DNA from: Alphaproteobacteria bacterium
Lineage (GTDB): Bacteria; Pseudomonadota; Alphaproteobacteria; Bin95
Direction of reading: 5' to 3'
Assembly: GCA_963665325.3 (NCBI GenBank)
Contig: OZ224045.1
Coordinates: 1,888,001-1,952,000, forward strand
Length of the DNA stretch: 64,000 nt
How positions within the stretch are numbered: position 1 is the stretch's first letter; every line of letters begins with the position of its first letter. The notes below the pieces were generated by a model. It did no database searches and was not told the DNA's origin. It saw nothing but the letters and a program-made list of their open reading frames with translations. Positions 38,378 through 50,432 of the stretch are shown piece after piece. A program made the translations under genes and the position numbers.

Positions 38378-38427
38378 CGCAAGGTCCCGACCTGTCGAAC
38401 CGTGGCTGCCATTTCGGCCGGCACATA

Positions 38428-38730
38428 TCAGACGGGCAATTCGCACCTCTGCTCGGCGATGTGGAATTTCAGCTTCTTCGTCGGCTTCATCGAGGGAACC
38501 GGGTTGAACCGGAACTCATAGTCCGAATAGGCGAGGCTACCTCACCGTTCGACCGCCTCGGCTATGGAACGGCCGATCAGGTCCATCTTGCAGATGGTCC
38601 CGATACGCTCTTCCGCCTTCTCGTCGAGATCGAATATGAAGCGAAAGACATCGCACGTATTGACGAGACAAATGATGTTCGTGTCCCTTGGATCGGGAAT
38701 CGTGTCGCCAGGCTTTCGGTGGCGGCCTGA
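38428..38730 (-). pseudogene. Remnant of an unknown gene with an in-frame stop
   Basis: Minus frame reads IPDPRDTNIICLVNTCDVFRFIFDLDEK...AVER*GSLAYSDYEFRF...CELPV*; TGA at 38542-38544. Confidence 0.4.
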
Positions 38731-38951
38731 ACACGGGCCCGGCGCGGGTAGCGTCCCTCCTTGCTGCGGCGGTGCGATTGCAGAATGCCCTCTTCCCGGC
38801 CCCGACGGGCGAGGGAGGCCGCGGACGTCCGGTTCGCCCCGCTTGCCATGGCCGGCGAGCCTATGTATCCAGCTTTTCGACCCGTATGGCGGGATGCGCG
38901 GATGGAGAGCGGCGCCCCGGGGCGCGAAAGAGAAAGGGCCTCAATAATGCA

Positions 38952-39027
<76 letters not shown>

Positions 39028-39192
39028 AATCCGCGCGGCTTCTAGCCGCTCTGCACGGACGGGTCAAGCAAGCGGACCGGCGTTTCGGAAAGGATGCAGA
39101 CATGCGAGAGATCGTGGCGATCGCCCTGTTTGCTCCTCGGCTTGCGTTCGCCGGCGCGGCAGGTCTCGGCGAGTAGGGGGCAGCAAGCGACA

Positions 39193-40816
<1,624 letters not shown>

Positions 40817-40836
<20 letters not shown>

Positions 40837-41665
40837 GCTCGCCGAAATTGTCCATGAATGGCAGCGCCTTTTCCGTATAGCGGGGCGCCACCAGCACGGC
40901 GCGCTCAATGCGCGGATTCTCTGCAAGCCTGCGCAGTCCGTCTTCATTGGCGCCGTTGAAGGCGAATACCGAGACGGAAATCGACTCCGGATCACGGCCC
41001 GCTTCGGCGGCCAGCCGATTAAGCTCGGCGACGGCGGCGGGAAAATCTTCCAGCAGCACATCGATCGGCATCCAGCCGTCGCAGTAGCGGACCGTTCGCT
41101 TCCGCCCGAGCGGAGTTGCGCCGCCATAGATGATCGGCGGGTGCGGGCGCTGGACGGGCTTCGGGTAGGAAACGATGCGGTCGAAGCGGACGAACTCGCC
41201 CCGATAGGTCGCCTCTTCTTCCGTCCAGATCGCCTTCATGGCCTCGACGCGCTCCCGCAACACCTGCCAGCGGCGCCCGAAGTCGGTGCCGTGATTGGCC
41301 ATCTCCTCGGCATTCCAGCCGCCGCCGATGCCGAGCAGCAGCCGTCCGCCGGAGAGATAGTCAAGCGTTGCCGCCGCCTTGGCCAGCACGATCGGGTCGT
41401 GCTCGATCACCAGGCACACGGCCGTGCCGAGCTTGATGGTCGAAGTGGCGCCCGCCGCGGCCATGAGCGACACGAACGGGTCGGCCATATGATAGTAGGG
41501 CTTCGGCAGATGATCGCCGCCGGGATAGGGCGTCTCGCGGCTTGCGGGAATATGGGTGTGCTCGCCGACCCAGAAGGACTCGAAGCCCCGCTCCTCGGCG
41601 GCCCTGGCCAGATCGTCGGGCCGGGTCCCGTATTCGGTGTTGTAGCTGAAAATGCCGAGCTTCAT
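40817..41665 (-). CDS. LLM-class oxidoreductase (Rv2161c-like, possibly F420-dependent)
   Basis: EHTHIP, DPFVSL, LAKAAATLD, GWNAEE, PKPVQRPHPP. Confidence 0.85.
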
Positions 41666-41812
41666 TGCCGCCCCCTTCGTAACGCCGGGGAAGCCTAAAG
41701 AGATTCAGGCGTGGGGAAAGGCCCTCTGGCCGGGGCGGGGATATCCTTTCGCACGGCGGTCGGCCGGGATAGGGTTGGGAAACGACCCGTCGAAGCGGAA
41801 GGCAGGCATCCG

Positions 41813-42586
41813 ATGCAGGGACTGGCGCAGCGCTTGTGGGAGGCCCGGCGTGGCGGAACTCTGGTTGAGGCGGCCGCCAGGCGGGAGCTCGCCGGTCTGG
41901 ACGATGCCTACCGAGTCCAGGACGGGGCGGTGCAGGCGTCGGGCCATGCGCGCGTCGGCTGGAAGGTCGGATCGACCAGTGCCGAAGCCCGGCGCAAGCT
42001 TGGCACCGACCGGCCCGGCGCCGGCGCGCTGCTCGAGCCCTATTGCTTCGAGGACGGCGCGGATGTGCCGGTGTTCGCTGCGCATGCGCCGGCTGTGGAA
42101 GGCGAGTTCGTCTTTGTCATGGGCGAGGGCCTGCCGCCGCGCGAGACGCCTTTCGAACGCGCCGAGGTTCTGTCTGCGGTCATGGGCGTCGCAGGCGGCA
42201 TCGAGGTCGTCGGCTCGCGCTTCGAAGGCGGGCTCGCCGGGCTCGGCCGGGAGGGCGTGACGGCCGATTTCGGCGCCAATATCGCTTTCGTCGAGAGCGA
42301 GGCGCGGCCCGACTGGCGGGACCGGGACCTGCGCGAGGCCGGCGTGACGCTCTCGGTGGATGGAGAAGCGCTGGCCGAAGGGACCGGGGCGCTCGCGCTC
42401 GGCGACCCGGCGCTGGTGCTTCTCTGGCTCGCCAACCATTTGCGCGAGCGCGGCGACGGGCTGCGCGCCGGGGACCGTGTGACGACCGGAACGTGTACCG
42501 GAGTGGCCGCGATCCGACCCGGAGCTCAGGTCCTCGCGGATTTCGGCCCGCTCGGGCGGGTGGGTTTCACCGCCATTCCGGCGTAA
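41813..42586 (+). CDS. 2-keto-4-pentenoate hydratase-like (FAH superfamily)
   Basis: AYRVQ, GWKVG, EGEF, EVVGSRF, ADFGAN, TTGTC. Confidence 0.83.
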   Translation: MQGLAQRLWEARRGGTLVEAAARRELAGLDDAYRVQDGAVQASGHARVGWKVGSTSAEARRKLGTDRPGAGALLEPYCFEDGADVPVFAAHAPAVEGEFVFVMGEGLPPRETPFERAEVLSAVMGVAGGIEVVGSRFEGGLAGLGREGVTADFGANIAFVESEARPDWRDRDLREAGVTLSVDGEALAEGTGALALGDPALVLLWLANHLRERGDGLRAGDRVTTGTCTGVAAIRPGAQVLADFGPLGRVGFTAIPA

Positions 42587-42631
42587 GCAGCCGGTCTCGC
42601 TGCGATTGCCGTCTCGCCCGGAGAGCCAACC

Positions 42632-44188
42632 ATGAGCAAGATCGTCACGGCCGCGGAGGCGGCGGCGCTGGTCCCGGCCGGCGCAACGCTGGGGGTGGAC
42701 GGGTTCGTCGGTTCGGTCTGCCCGGAAGAACTGCTGCTCGCACTGGAAGCGCGCTTCCTGGAGACAGGCGAGCCGGAAGGAATGACCGTCATTGCCTCGA
42801 CCGGCTCCGGCGACACCCGTGGACGCGGGCTCGACCGCTTGCGCCATGACGGGATGATCCGCCGCCTCGTCACATCCTATCTCAACCTCAACCGGATGCT
42901 TCAGCGCCGGCTGATCGACAACGAAATTGAGGGCTATCTGCTGCCGCTCGGCGTCATCGTGCAGCTGTACCGGGAGATTGCAGCGGGGCGGCCCGGCCTC
43001 GTGACCCATGTCGGTCTCGGCACGTTCGTCGATCCGGAGCATGGCGGCGGCAGGGTGAACGCCCGCACGGTCGAGGGCTATGTGGAGCGCGTGCGGCTCA
43101 GCGGGCGGGATTGGCTGTTCTACCCGTCCATGCGGCTCGATGCCGGACTGCTGAGGGGCACGACGGCGGACCCGGACGGCAATATCACCATGGAGCGCGA
43201 GATCGGCACCTTTCAGGGGCCGAGTTTCGCGCAGGCCGTGCGGAACTCGGGCGGCACCGTGCTGGCGCAGGTCGAGCGCATCGCGGAGCGCGGTTCGCTC
43301 GATCCGAGGAAGGTTGTGATTCCCGGCCATCTCGTGGACCGGGTGGTCGTGGCGCGGCCCGAGAACCATCCGCAGACCTTCGCGACCGCCTACGACCCGG
43401 TGTTCTCGGGCGAGGTCCGCGCGGACATGAGCGCGCGGCAGCCGCTGCCGCTGACGGTCAAGAAGGTGATCGGCCGGCGCGCGGCGATGGAGCTTCGCCG
43501 GGGCGATGTTGTCAATCTGGGCGTCGGCGCGCCCGAATATGTGGCGACCGTCGCCGGCGAGGAAGGCTGCGGCGACGCCTTCACGCTCACGGTCGAGTCC
43601 GGCGCAACGGGCGGTTATCCGGCCTACGGACTTTCCTTCGGCGCCGCGATCAATCCGAGTTCGGTCATCGACAACACCTACCAGTTCGACTTTTACGACG
43701 GCGGCGGGCTGGACATCACTTTCGTTGGCATGGCGGAGCTCGATGCCGCGGGCAATGTCAACGTGTCGAAGTTGAAGACGCGCATCCCCGGCATCGGCGG
43801 CTTCTTCAATGTGACGCAGGGCGCGAAACGGGTCGTGTTCTGCGGCCAGTTCTCGGCCGGGGAGTCGGATATCCGCGCAGTCGGCGGGCGCCTCGATATC
43901 CGGCGCGACGGGGACCCGGTCAAGTTCGTCGAGGCGGTCGAGCAGATCAGCTTCAACGCCCGCGCCGGCTTGGCGCGCGAACAGTCGATCATGGTCGTGA
44001 CAGAGCGTTGCGTCTTCGCCATCGACGAGGCCGGACCGGTTCTGACCGAGATTGCGCCCGGTGTCGATTTGGAAGGCGACGTGCTGACGCGGATGGCCTT
44101 CCGGCCCCGCGTTGCCGACGATCTTTGCGAAATGCCGGCGGCTCTCTTCCACGACGAGCCGATGGGCCTGGCGGCGCGGCTTTCCTGA
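42632..44188 (+). CDS. Family I acyl-CoA transferase (fused, YdiF/Pct-like)
   Basis: VGLGTFVDP, NLGVG, TVESG catalytic Glu, GNVNVSK, TERCVF, EIAPG. Confidence 0.9.
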   Translation: MSKIVTAAEAAALVPAGATLGVDGFVGSVCPEELLLALEARFLETGEPEGMTVIASTGSGDTRGRGLDRLRHDGMIRRLVTSYLNLNRMLQRRLIDNEIEGYLLPLGVIVQLYREIAAGRPGLVTHVGLGTFVDPEHGGGRVNARTVEGYVERVRLSGRDWLFYPSMRLDAGLLRGTTADPDGNITMEREIGTFQGPSFAQAVRNSGGTVLAQVERIAERGSLDPRKVVIPGHLVDRVVVARPENHPQTFATAYDPVFSGEVRADMSARQPLPLTVKKVIGRRAAMELRRGDVVNLGVGAPEYVATVAGEEGCGDAFTLTVESGATGGYPAYGLSFGAAINPSSVIDNTYQFDFYDGGGLDITFVGMAELDAAGNVNVSKLKTRIPGIGGFFNVTQGAKRVVFCGQFSAGESDIRAVGGRLDIRRDGDPVKFVEAVEQISFNARAGLAREQSIMVVTERCVFAIDEAGPVLTEIAPGVDLEGDVLTRMAFRPRVADDLCEMPAALFHDEPMGLAARLS

Positions 44189-44212
44189 GCGGAAAACCGC
44201 GCCGGCCCGGCT

Positions 44213-45529
44213 CTATGCCGTGATGTTCTGGATCATCAATCGCGGCAGCCAGAGCACGATGCCCGGGAAGGCGACGAGCACGGCGACCGTGATGATGTCC
44301 GCCACGAAGAACGGCCAGATTCCCTTGAAGACGTCCTCAAGCGGAATATCCGGGCGCACGCCGTTGACCACGAAGCAATTGAGTCCGATGGGCGGCGTAA
44401 CCAGGCAGACCTCCACCATCTTGACGATGATGATGCCGAACCAGACCGGGTCGTAGCCGAGCGCCGTGACCGCCGGATAGACGACCGGCAGGGTCAGGAG
44501 CAGCATCCCGATGCCGTCCATGAACATGCCGAGCACAATATAGGCGAGCAGGATCAGGATCATCACGACGATGGGCGGCACATCGAGGCCGACAACAAAA
44601 TTGGCGAATGCCTCCGGCAGGCCCGAGAAGCCGAGGAACCGCACATAGATCAGGATCGACCAGATGATCGTGAAGATGAAGACCGTCAGCTTCGCGGTCT
44701 CCATAAGCGATTCCCGGAGGTTTGCGGGTCCCATATTCCGCTTGGCAAGCGCAATCAGGAAGATCACGAATGCCGCGACCCCGCCAACTTCGGTGGGTGT
44801 CATCCAGCCGGTGTAGATGCCGCCCAGGATGATGACGATCACGAAGAAGATGCCGGAAGCGCCGCCGAGAGACCGGACCTTTTCTCCGAAAGGAACGGCT
44901 GAAACGGGCGCACCCAGCGAAGGGTTCAGCTTGCAGCGGAAGATGATCAGCATCGCATAGATCACCGCCGAAAGCGCGCCCGGGATGAAGCCCGCCAGCA
45001 GCAGGGCGCCGACCGATTCCTCGACGATGATCGCATAGATCACCAGGATGGCGCTCGGCGGAATCAGCGAGGCCAGCGTGCCGCCCGCTGCGACCACGCC
45101 CGCAGCGAGGCTGCGGTCGTAGCCGTATTTCAGCATTTCGGGAATGGCGACCCGGCTGAACACTGCTGCAGTCGCTGTCGAGGCTCCCGAAACGGCCGCA
45201 AAACCGGCGGTCGCAAACACGGTTGCGACGGCCAAGCCGCCCGGCAAGGTGCCGAGCCAGCAACGCGCCGCGTAGAACGCACTCTGCGTCAGCCCGGCAT
45301 AGAAGGCCAGAAAACCGATGAGGATGAACATCGGCAGCACCGAGAGCGTGACATGACTCACCTCTGAATGCGCTAGCAACCCGGCGAGGCCGGCGCCGGG
45401 GTCGTAACCCCGCAGCCAGATCAGGCCGATAACGCCTGCAATTCCCGAGGCGTAGGCGACGCGGACCCCGAGCACCACCATGCCGATGATGATGACGACC
45501 GAGAGCAAACCTGCATTGAACGGATCCAT
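44213..45529 (-). CDS. dctM: TRAP transporter large permease
   Basis: GGLAVA, LIPPS, TPTE, DPVWFG, TPPIG. Confidence 0.93.
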   Translation of the reverse strand: MDPFNAGLLSVVIIIGMVVLGVRVAYASGIAGVIGLIWLRGYDPGAGLAGLLAHSEVSHVTLSVLPMFILIGFLAFYAGLTQSAFYAARCWLGTLPGGLAVATVFATAGFAAVSGASTATAAVFSRVAIPEMLKYGYDRSLAAGVVAAGGTLASLIPPSAILVIYAIIVEESVGALLLAGFIPGALSAVIYAMLIIFRCKLNPSLGAPVSAVPFGEKVRSLGGASGIFFVIVIILGGIYTGWMTPTEVGGVAAFVIFLIALAKRNMGPANLRESLMETAKLTVFIFTIIWSILIYVRFLGFSGLPEAFANFVVGLDVPPIVVMILILLAYIVLGMFMDGIGMLLLTLPVVYPAVTALGYDPVWFGIIIVKMVEVCLVTPPIGLNCFVVNGVRPDIPLEDVFKGIWPFFVADIITVAVLVAFPGIVLWLPRLMIQNITA

Positions 45530-45543
45530 ATCCCTCTACCCCC

Positions 45544-46206
45544 TCAAGCCTGCGTGCCGCCGTCGGGGCGGTTGTCGCGCTCCTGCGCTTCCTTGCCCAT
45601 GACTTCCTCAATCTCTGCGCGCGCATGCGCCGCCGCGTCCAGAATGACAGGCACAGCTACCGGCGCCTTGGCCGGATCGAGGAAGAGGCGGGCGTACCCC
45701 CAGACCTGTATGGACAACCGGATGCACAACAGCACCAACGCGAACGGAACGACCAACTTCCCGGGCCATGTTTGCAATTGCACATCGATGGTGCTGTCGC
45801 CGTCGATATAGGCGCGCAGGAAATGTTCCCAGCTCTTGTCGATGATAATCAGGCAATAGATAACGCCGATGATGACCGCAAAACACTCGGAAGCCCATAG
45901 AAACCGGCCTCGCATCTTGGAGATCACCAACTCCATCCGAACATGCACGCCGAGCCGTTGGGCGTATGCCGCAGGCAGGAACGCAAAAATCGCCATATAG
46001 ACTTCCACCCAGTCGATCGCGCCCGGAATCGGATGGTTGAAGAGTTTTCGTCCCAAGACTTCCACGACAACGAAAAACATCAAAATGAAAATCGTCCCTG
46101 CCGCAAACAGCGTCACAGCGTCTTCGACACGACTCATATGGCGGTCAATTGTAGCCAAGGCTCCGCTACCCTGACCCATGTTCGTTTCGTTGGAAGTCCC
46201 GACCAT
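45544..46206 (-). CDS. dctQ: TRAP transporter small permease
   Basis: GRKLFNHPIPG, HVRMEL, 4 TM segments; operon position. Confidence 0.88.
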   Translation of the reverse strand: MVGTSNETNMGQGSGALATIDRHMSRVEDAVTLFAAGTIFILMFFVVVEVLGRKLFNHPIPGAIDWVEVYMAIFAFLPAAYAQRLGVHVRMELVISKMRGRFLWASECFAVIIGVIYCLIIIDKSWEHFLRAYIDGDSTIDVQLQTWPGKLVVPFALVLLCIRLSIQVWGYARLFLDPAKAPVAVPVILDAAAHARAEIEEVMGKEAQERDNRPDGGTQA

Positions 46207-46248
46207 GGCAGTGCTTGCCTTCCACCCATTACCTAAAAGAAGTTAATC

Positions 46249-46285
46249 AAAGAAACGGGGCCGTCTCTGGGAAGAGGCGGCCCCG
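46249..46285 (-). terminator. Intrinsic terminator/attenuator after dctP
   Basis: On the minus strand: stem CGGGGCCGCCTCT/AGAGACGGCCCCG followed by TTTCTTT. Confidence 0.7.
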
Positions 46286-46305
46286 CGCAGTAGCCCGTTC
46301 CGACG

Positions 46306-47340
46306 TTATGCTGCCTTGTTGTGGACGGCTGCACGCTCGAGAATGAAGTCAAGCAGTGCCTGGGACGGAATCTTGCCGGCCCATTTTGCTACCCACTCGT
46401 TCCAGACCGGCTCAGCGCCGACCTTCTTGAGCTCGGCATGCTGTTCCTTCGAGAACTTCACGACCTGCATCTGCTTGTGGTAGAGCGGAATCCACTTCTC
46501 GTCAGCCTTTTTGTAAGCCGCGATCAGCGCATTGTAGGAGTTCCACTTCAGATCCGAATCGAACAGCGCACGATGTTCATCCGACAGGGCGTTATAGGCG
46601 TTTACATTCATAACGATGGGGCAGTTGACCGCACCCAGCGCCATGCCTTCGGTGAACCATTTCCCGACCTCGTTCAGCCTGTAGGCGCCAAACGTGTAGC
46701 TGTAGGGGAAAGAAATAGCCTGGACGATTCCGCGCTCCAGGGCCGTGTAGGTTTCCGGAGCCGGCATCGTGGTCGGCACGGCTTCCAGCTTCCGCATCGC
46801 ATCGCCGATGCCGCCGAGCGCGCGAACCCGCATGCCCTTGAAGTCCGAGGCGTCCTTCGGCGCGTCGCCGACGCCCATGAACTCATACTGCGGCAGGATG
46901 CCGGAGAAGATGGGAATGGCGTTCCAGCGTTTCATCTCCTTCTTCCATTCCGGATGGCCGTAGAAGTCCTCATGCACCTTCGCCTGGACCGTCAGCTCGG
47001 CGATGGGCAGGAACGGCAGGTCCAGCACCGTGCCGGCAGGGTTCTTGCCGGGATGGTAGGAGGTGCAGAAGTTCGCGGCCTCGTGGCTGCCGATCTTGAT
47101 GCCGTCGAGATTTTCCTTTGGAGGCGAGATCGCGCCGCCGTAATGGATCTTGAGCTTGAAATTGCCGCCCGACTTCTCGGCAAGATAGTCGCGCATCGCT
47201 TCCATGCCGGCAGTGAATGCACGCGGCTTGCCCCAGGTGGAGAAATTCCAGTTCACCTCATCTGCGGCGGAAGCGGACATGGCGACGCCTCCCACCATGG
47301 CCACCGCGGCAACGCCGCATGCCAGACGTACGATCTTCAT
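46306..47340 (-). CDS. dctP: TRAP substrate-binding protein
   Basis: Signal peptide, LDLPFL, DFKGMRVR, ETYTALERG. Confidence 0.9.
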   Translation of the reverse strand: MKIVRLACGVAAVAMVGGVAMSASAADEVNWNFSTWGKPRAFTAGMEAMRDYLAEKSGGNFKLKIHYGGAISPPKENLDGIKIGSHEAANFCTSYHPGKNPAGTVLDLPFLPIAELTVQAKVHEDFYGHPEWKKEMKRWNAIPIFSGILPQYEFMGVGDAPKDASDFKGMRVRALGGIGDAMRKLEAVPTTMPAPETYTALERGIVQAISFPYSYTFGAYRLNEVGKWFTEGMALGAVNCPIVMNVNAYNALSDEHRALFDSDLKWNSYNALIAAYKKADEKWIPLYHKQMQVVKFSKEQHAELKKVGAEPVWNEWVAKWAGKIPSQALLDFILERAAVHNKAA

Positions 47341-47560
47341 GTTTGCACTCCCTTGGTCGCTGGTTTTGTCCGTTCGAGCCCGCAAGCCGGTACCCCCGCC
47401 TCACGCTTCGACAGGACTTCAGCCTGTCAATCTCCCACCATAGCAAGTCCGTCCGTAGAGTCGCAACCCGGTCGCGATACGGCCTCATGAAAGGGAATTC
47501 GTTTTGCCGGCGCGGGTTAACCCGGAGTGCGCGCTTTGGTAGCTTCCCGGGATGGGATGT

Positions 47561-48232
47561 ATGGAAGACCGTAATGCCGCCGAGCGGCTGGCGGCGGTGA
47601 CAGGCCGCATCGGGGCAGCTGCCGAGGCCGCCGGGCGAGACCCTTCGTCCGTCCGGCTGGTGGCGGTGTCGAAGCTGCAGCCGGAGGCGCGCGTCGCGGG
47701 GGCGCTGGAAGCCGGGCACCGGCTCTTCGGGGAGAACCGGGTGCAGGAAGCCGAGGAACGCTGGCCGGCGCTGAAGGAGCAATACCCAGATATCGCGCTC
47801 CACCTGATCGGCGGGCTGCAGACGAACAAGGTCCGGGCGGCCGCGCGGCTGTTCGACGTCATTGAGACGGTGGACCGGCCCCGGCTTGCCGCGGCACTGG
47901 CGCGCGAGTTCGAGTGGACGGGCAGGGCGCTTCCCTGCTTCGTGCAGGTCAATACCGGCGACGAGCCGCAGAAGGGCGGCGTGGCGCCGTCAGCGCTCGA
48001 CGGTTTCCTCGACGAGTGCCGAACGGGATACGGCCTCGATGTGGTCGGGTTGATGTGTATTCCGCCAGCCGAGGATCGGCCCGGGCCGCATTTCGCTTTC
48101 CTGCGAGAGGCAGCCCGACGCAACGGCCTCGGCGGACTGTCGATGGGCATGAGTGCGGATTTCGAGACCGCGATCCGCTTCGGCGCAACCCATGTGCGGG
48201 TGGGCAGCGCGGTTTTCGGGGCGCGCGGCTGA
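47561..48232 (+). CDS. yggS: PLP homeostasis protein (YggS family)
   Basis: [46 protein letters not shown]. Confidence 0.95.
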   Translation: MEDRNAAERLAAVTGRIGAAAEAAGRDPSSVRLVAVSKLQPEARVAGALEAGHRLFGENRVQEAEERWPALKEQYPDIALHLIGGLQTNKVRAAARLFDVIETVDRPRLAAALAREFEWTGRALPCFVQVNTGDEPQKGGVAPSALDGFLDECRTGYGLDVVGLMCIPPAEDRPGPHFAFLREAARRNGLGGLSMGMSADFETAIRFGATHVRVGSAVFGARG

Positions 48233-48329
48233 GGCCGTTCCGCCGCTCTGTCTCACTCCCCGGAATCGCCTCGTTTCCGGAGTTGTGATAGCGTTTGCGT
48301 GGATACCTCCCCTTCCGGAGACCGGCAGG

Positions 48330-49013
48330 ATGGCGCGCACGATTTTGCTCGTGGACGACGACGAAACGCTGCGCGGCGTGCTTGCCGAGCAATTGCAGTT
48401 GCGAGACGAATTTGCGACGCAGGAGGCAGGCACGGCCAGAGAAGCCGTCGAGGCCGTAGAGTCGGGGCAGTTCGATGCCGTGATTCTCGATGTCGGCCTG
48501 CCGGACATGGACGGGCGCGAGCTGTGCCGGGCGATGCGGAGCCGGGGGGTGAAGGTGCCGATCGTCATTCTGACGGGTGTCGATACGGATGCCGACGCCG
48601 TTCTCGGCTTCGATGCGGGCGCGAACGACTATGTCACCAAGCCGTTCAGGTTCGAGGTCCTGCTGGCCCGGCTCAGGGCGCATCTGCGCCAGCACCAGCA
48701 GAGCCACGACGCCGCCCTCGATATCGGCGGCTACAAGTTCCGCCCCGCCTATAAACAGCTCCTCGACGGGACGGGCGGGAGGACGGTGCGCCTGACCGAG
48801 AAGGAAACGGCCATCCTCCAGTATCTCTACCGCGCCGGCGGGGCGACGGTCAGCCGGGAGACGCTCCTGCGGGAGGTCTGGGGCTACCGCCCCGGCGTGA
48901 CCACGCACACGCTCGAAACCCATATCTACCGCCTGAGGCAGAAGATCGAGCGCGACCCTTCCCATACCCGGATCCTGGTGACCGAACCGGGTGGATACCG
49001 GTTGGCGTCCTGA
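48330..49013 (+). CDS. OmpR-family response regulator
   Basis: LVDDD, LDVGLPD, GANDYVTKPF, LTEKE, THIYRLRQKIE. Confidence 0.94.
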   Translation: MARTILLVDDDETLRGVLAEQLQLRDEFATQEAGTAREAVEAVESGQFDAVILDVGLPDMDGRELCRAMRSRGVKVPIVILTGVDTDADAVLGFDAGANDYVTKPFRFEVLLARLRAHLRQHQQSHDAALDIGGYKFRPAYKQLLDGTGGRTVRLTEKETAILQYLYRAGGATVSRETLLREVWGYRPGVTTHTLETHIYRLRQKIERDPSHTRILVTEPGGYRLAS

Positions 49014-49014
49014 C

Positions 49015-49842
49015 TTGTCCGCTTCTTTCGAAGTCCGTTTTCGCGGGGTGCGTGGCAGCATCGCCTGTCCGGGACCGGGAACGGCCGGATATGGCGGCAA
49101 TACAGCCTGCATCGAACTGCGCTGCGGGGAACGGCTCGTGGTTCTCGATGCAGGCACCGGCCTGAGGGGACTGGGCGCAGACCTGGCCGGCGAGGGGCCG
49201 TTCGAAGCAGACATATTGCTGAGCCACACGCATCTGGACCATGTGGTCGGCCTGCCGTTTTTCGCGCCGCTGTTCGACGCCCGCAACCGGTTCGCCCTTC
49301 GCGCGGGCCATCTGGCGGACCGCGGCGGTGTGCGGCAGGTGCTGGAGCGGTTGCTATCGCCGGAACTGTTCCCGGTGCCGCTGGAGGGCTTTGCAGCCGA
49401 ATTGCGCTGCCTCGACTTCCACGCCGGAGAAGCCTTTGCACTTGGAGACGGCATCCAGGTACGCACGGCTCCGCTCGACCATCCGGGCGGCGCCACGGGC
49501 TACCGGGTGGAGTTCAGCGGGAGGTCCGTCTGTTATGTCAGCGACACCGGCCATAAGCCAGGCGAGCCGAACGGGCACATTCTGGGGCTCATCGAGGGCG
49601 CGGATATCGTGATCTACGATGCGATGTTCACCGAGGAGGAATTTGCCCGCCGTCCGGACTGGGGGCATTCGACCTGGAACGAGGGCGTTAGGCTCTGCGA
49701 GGCGGCAGGGGCTGAGACGCTGGTGTTGTTCCACCATGACCCGCGCCGCGACGATGAAGCGATGGTCCGCCTGGGCGCGGAAGCGGCCGAGCGCCGGCCG
49801 GGCACGCTGGTCGCGCGGGAAGGCGCGGTACTGAGCCTCTGA
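49015..49842 (+). CDS. MBL-fold metallohydrolase (start uncertain)
   Basis: GVRGS, YGGNTAC, DAGTG, SHTHLDH, WGHS, FHHDP. Confidence 0.88.
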   Translation: MSASFEVRFRGVRGSIACPGPGTAGYGGNTACIELRCGERLVVLDAGTGLRGLGADLAGEGPFEADILLSHTHLDHVVGLPFFAPLFDARNRFALRAGHLADRGGVRQVLERLLSPELFPVPLEGFAAELRCLDFHAGEAFALGDGIQVRTAPLDHPGGATGYRVEFSGRSVCYVSDTGHKPGEPNGHILGLIEGADIVIYDAMFTEEEFARRPDWGHSTWNEGVRLCEAAGAETLVLFHHDPRRDDEAMVRLGAEAAERRPGTLVAREGAVLSL

Positions 49843-49859
49843 AGCGGCAGACGCGCCGC

Positions 49860-50432
49860 TCAGCTTTCTTCCGGCTCCCGCCAGCGGCGGACGGTGCCGA
49901 GGTCGACGTCGAACAGGTCGAGGGCGCGGCCGAGCGTGTGGTCGATCATCTCGTCCAGGCTCTGCGGGCGGGCGTAGAAGGCCGGGACCGGCGGCATGAC
50001 GATGGCGCCGTTCTCGCTTGCGGCCGACATGGCGCGGAGATGGCCGGTATGCAACGGCGTCTCGCGCACGAGCAGCACCAGCCGTCGGCGTTCCTTCAGC
50101 GTCACATCCGCGGCGCGGGTCAGCAGGTTCGTCGTCGTGCCCCAGGCAATCTCGGAGAGCGACCGGACCGAGCAGGGTGCTACCACCATGCCGCGCGTGC
50201 GGAACGAGCCGGAGGCGATGGCGCCCGCAATGTCGCGGGGGTTGTACACCCGGTCCGCGAGCGCCTTCACCTCCGCGGCCCTGCGGTCGGTCTCGTGCGA
50301 AAGCGTGACCTCGGCGGACGCGGTCATCACCAGGTGCGTTTCGATCGCGCTCGCTGCCAGAAGCTCCAGCAGGCGGACGCCGTAAACGACGCCGGAGGCG
50401 CCGCTGATGCCGATGACGAGACGGTCTGTCAT
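49860..50432 (-). CDS. ubiX: Flavin prenyltransferase
   Basis: GISGASG, ASGSF, APCS, RAADVTLKERR, RETPL, PAFY. Confidence 0.94.
   Translation of the reverse strand: MTDRLVIGISGASGVVYGVRLLELLAASAIETHLVMTASAEVTLSHETDRRAAEVKALADRVYNPRDIAGAIASGSFRTRGMVVAPCSVRSLSEIAWGTTTNLLTRAADVTLKERRRLVLLVRETPLHTGHLRAMSAASENGAIVMPPVPAFYARPQSLDEMIDHTLGRALDLFDVDLGTVRRWREPEES

Noticed and set aside
28571-38951. Intact integrative element or prophage at tRNA-Phe
   Set aside because: No integrase, no phage structural genes, and no att duplication of the tRNA 3' end found by eye.
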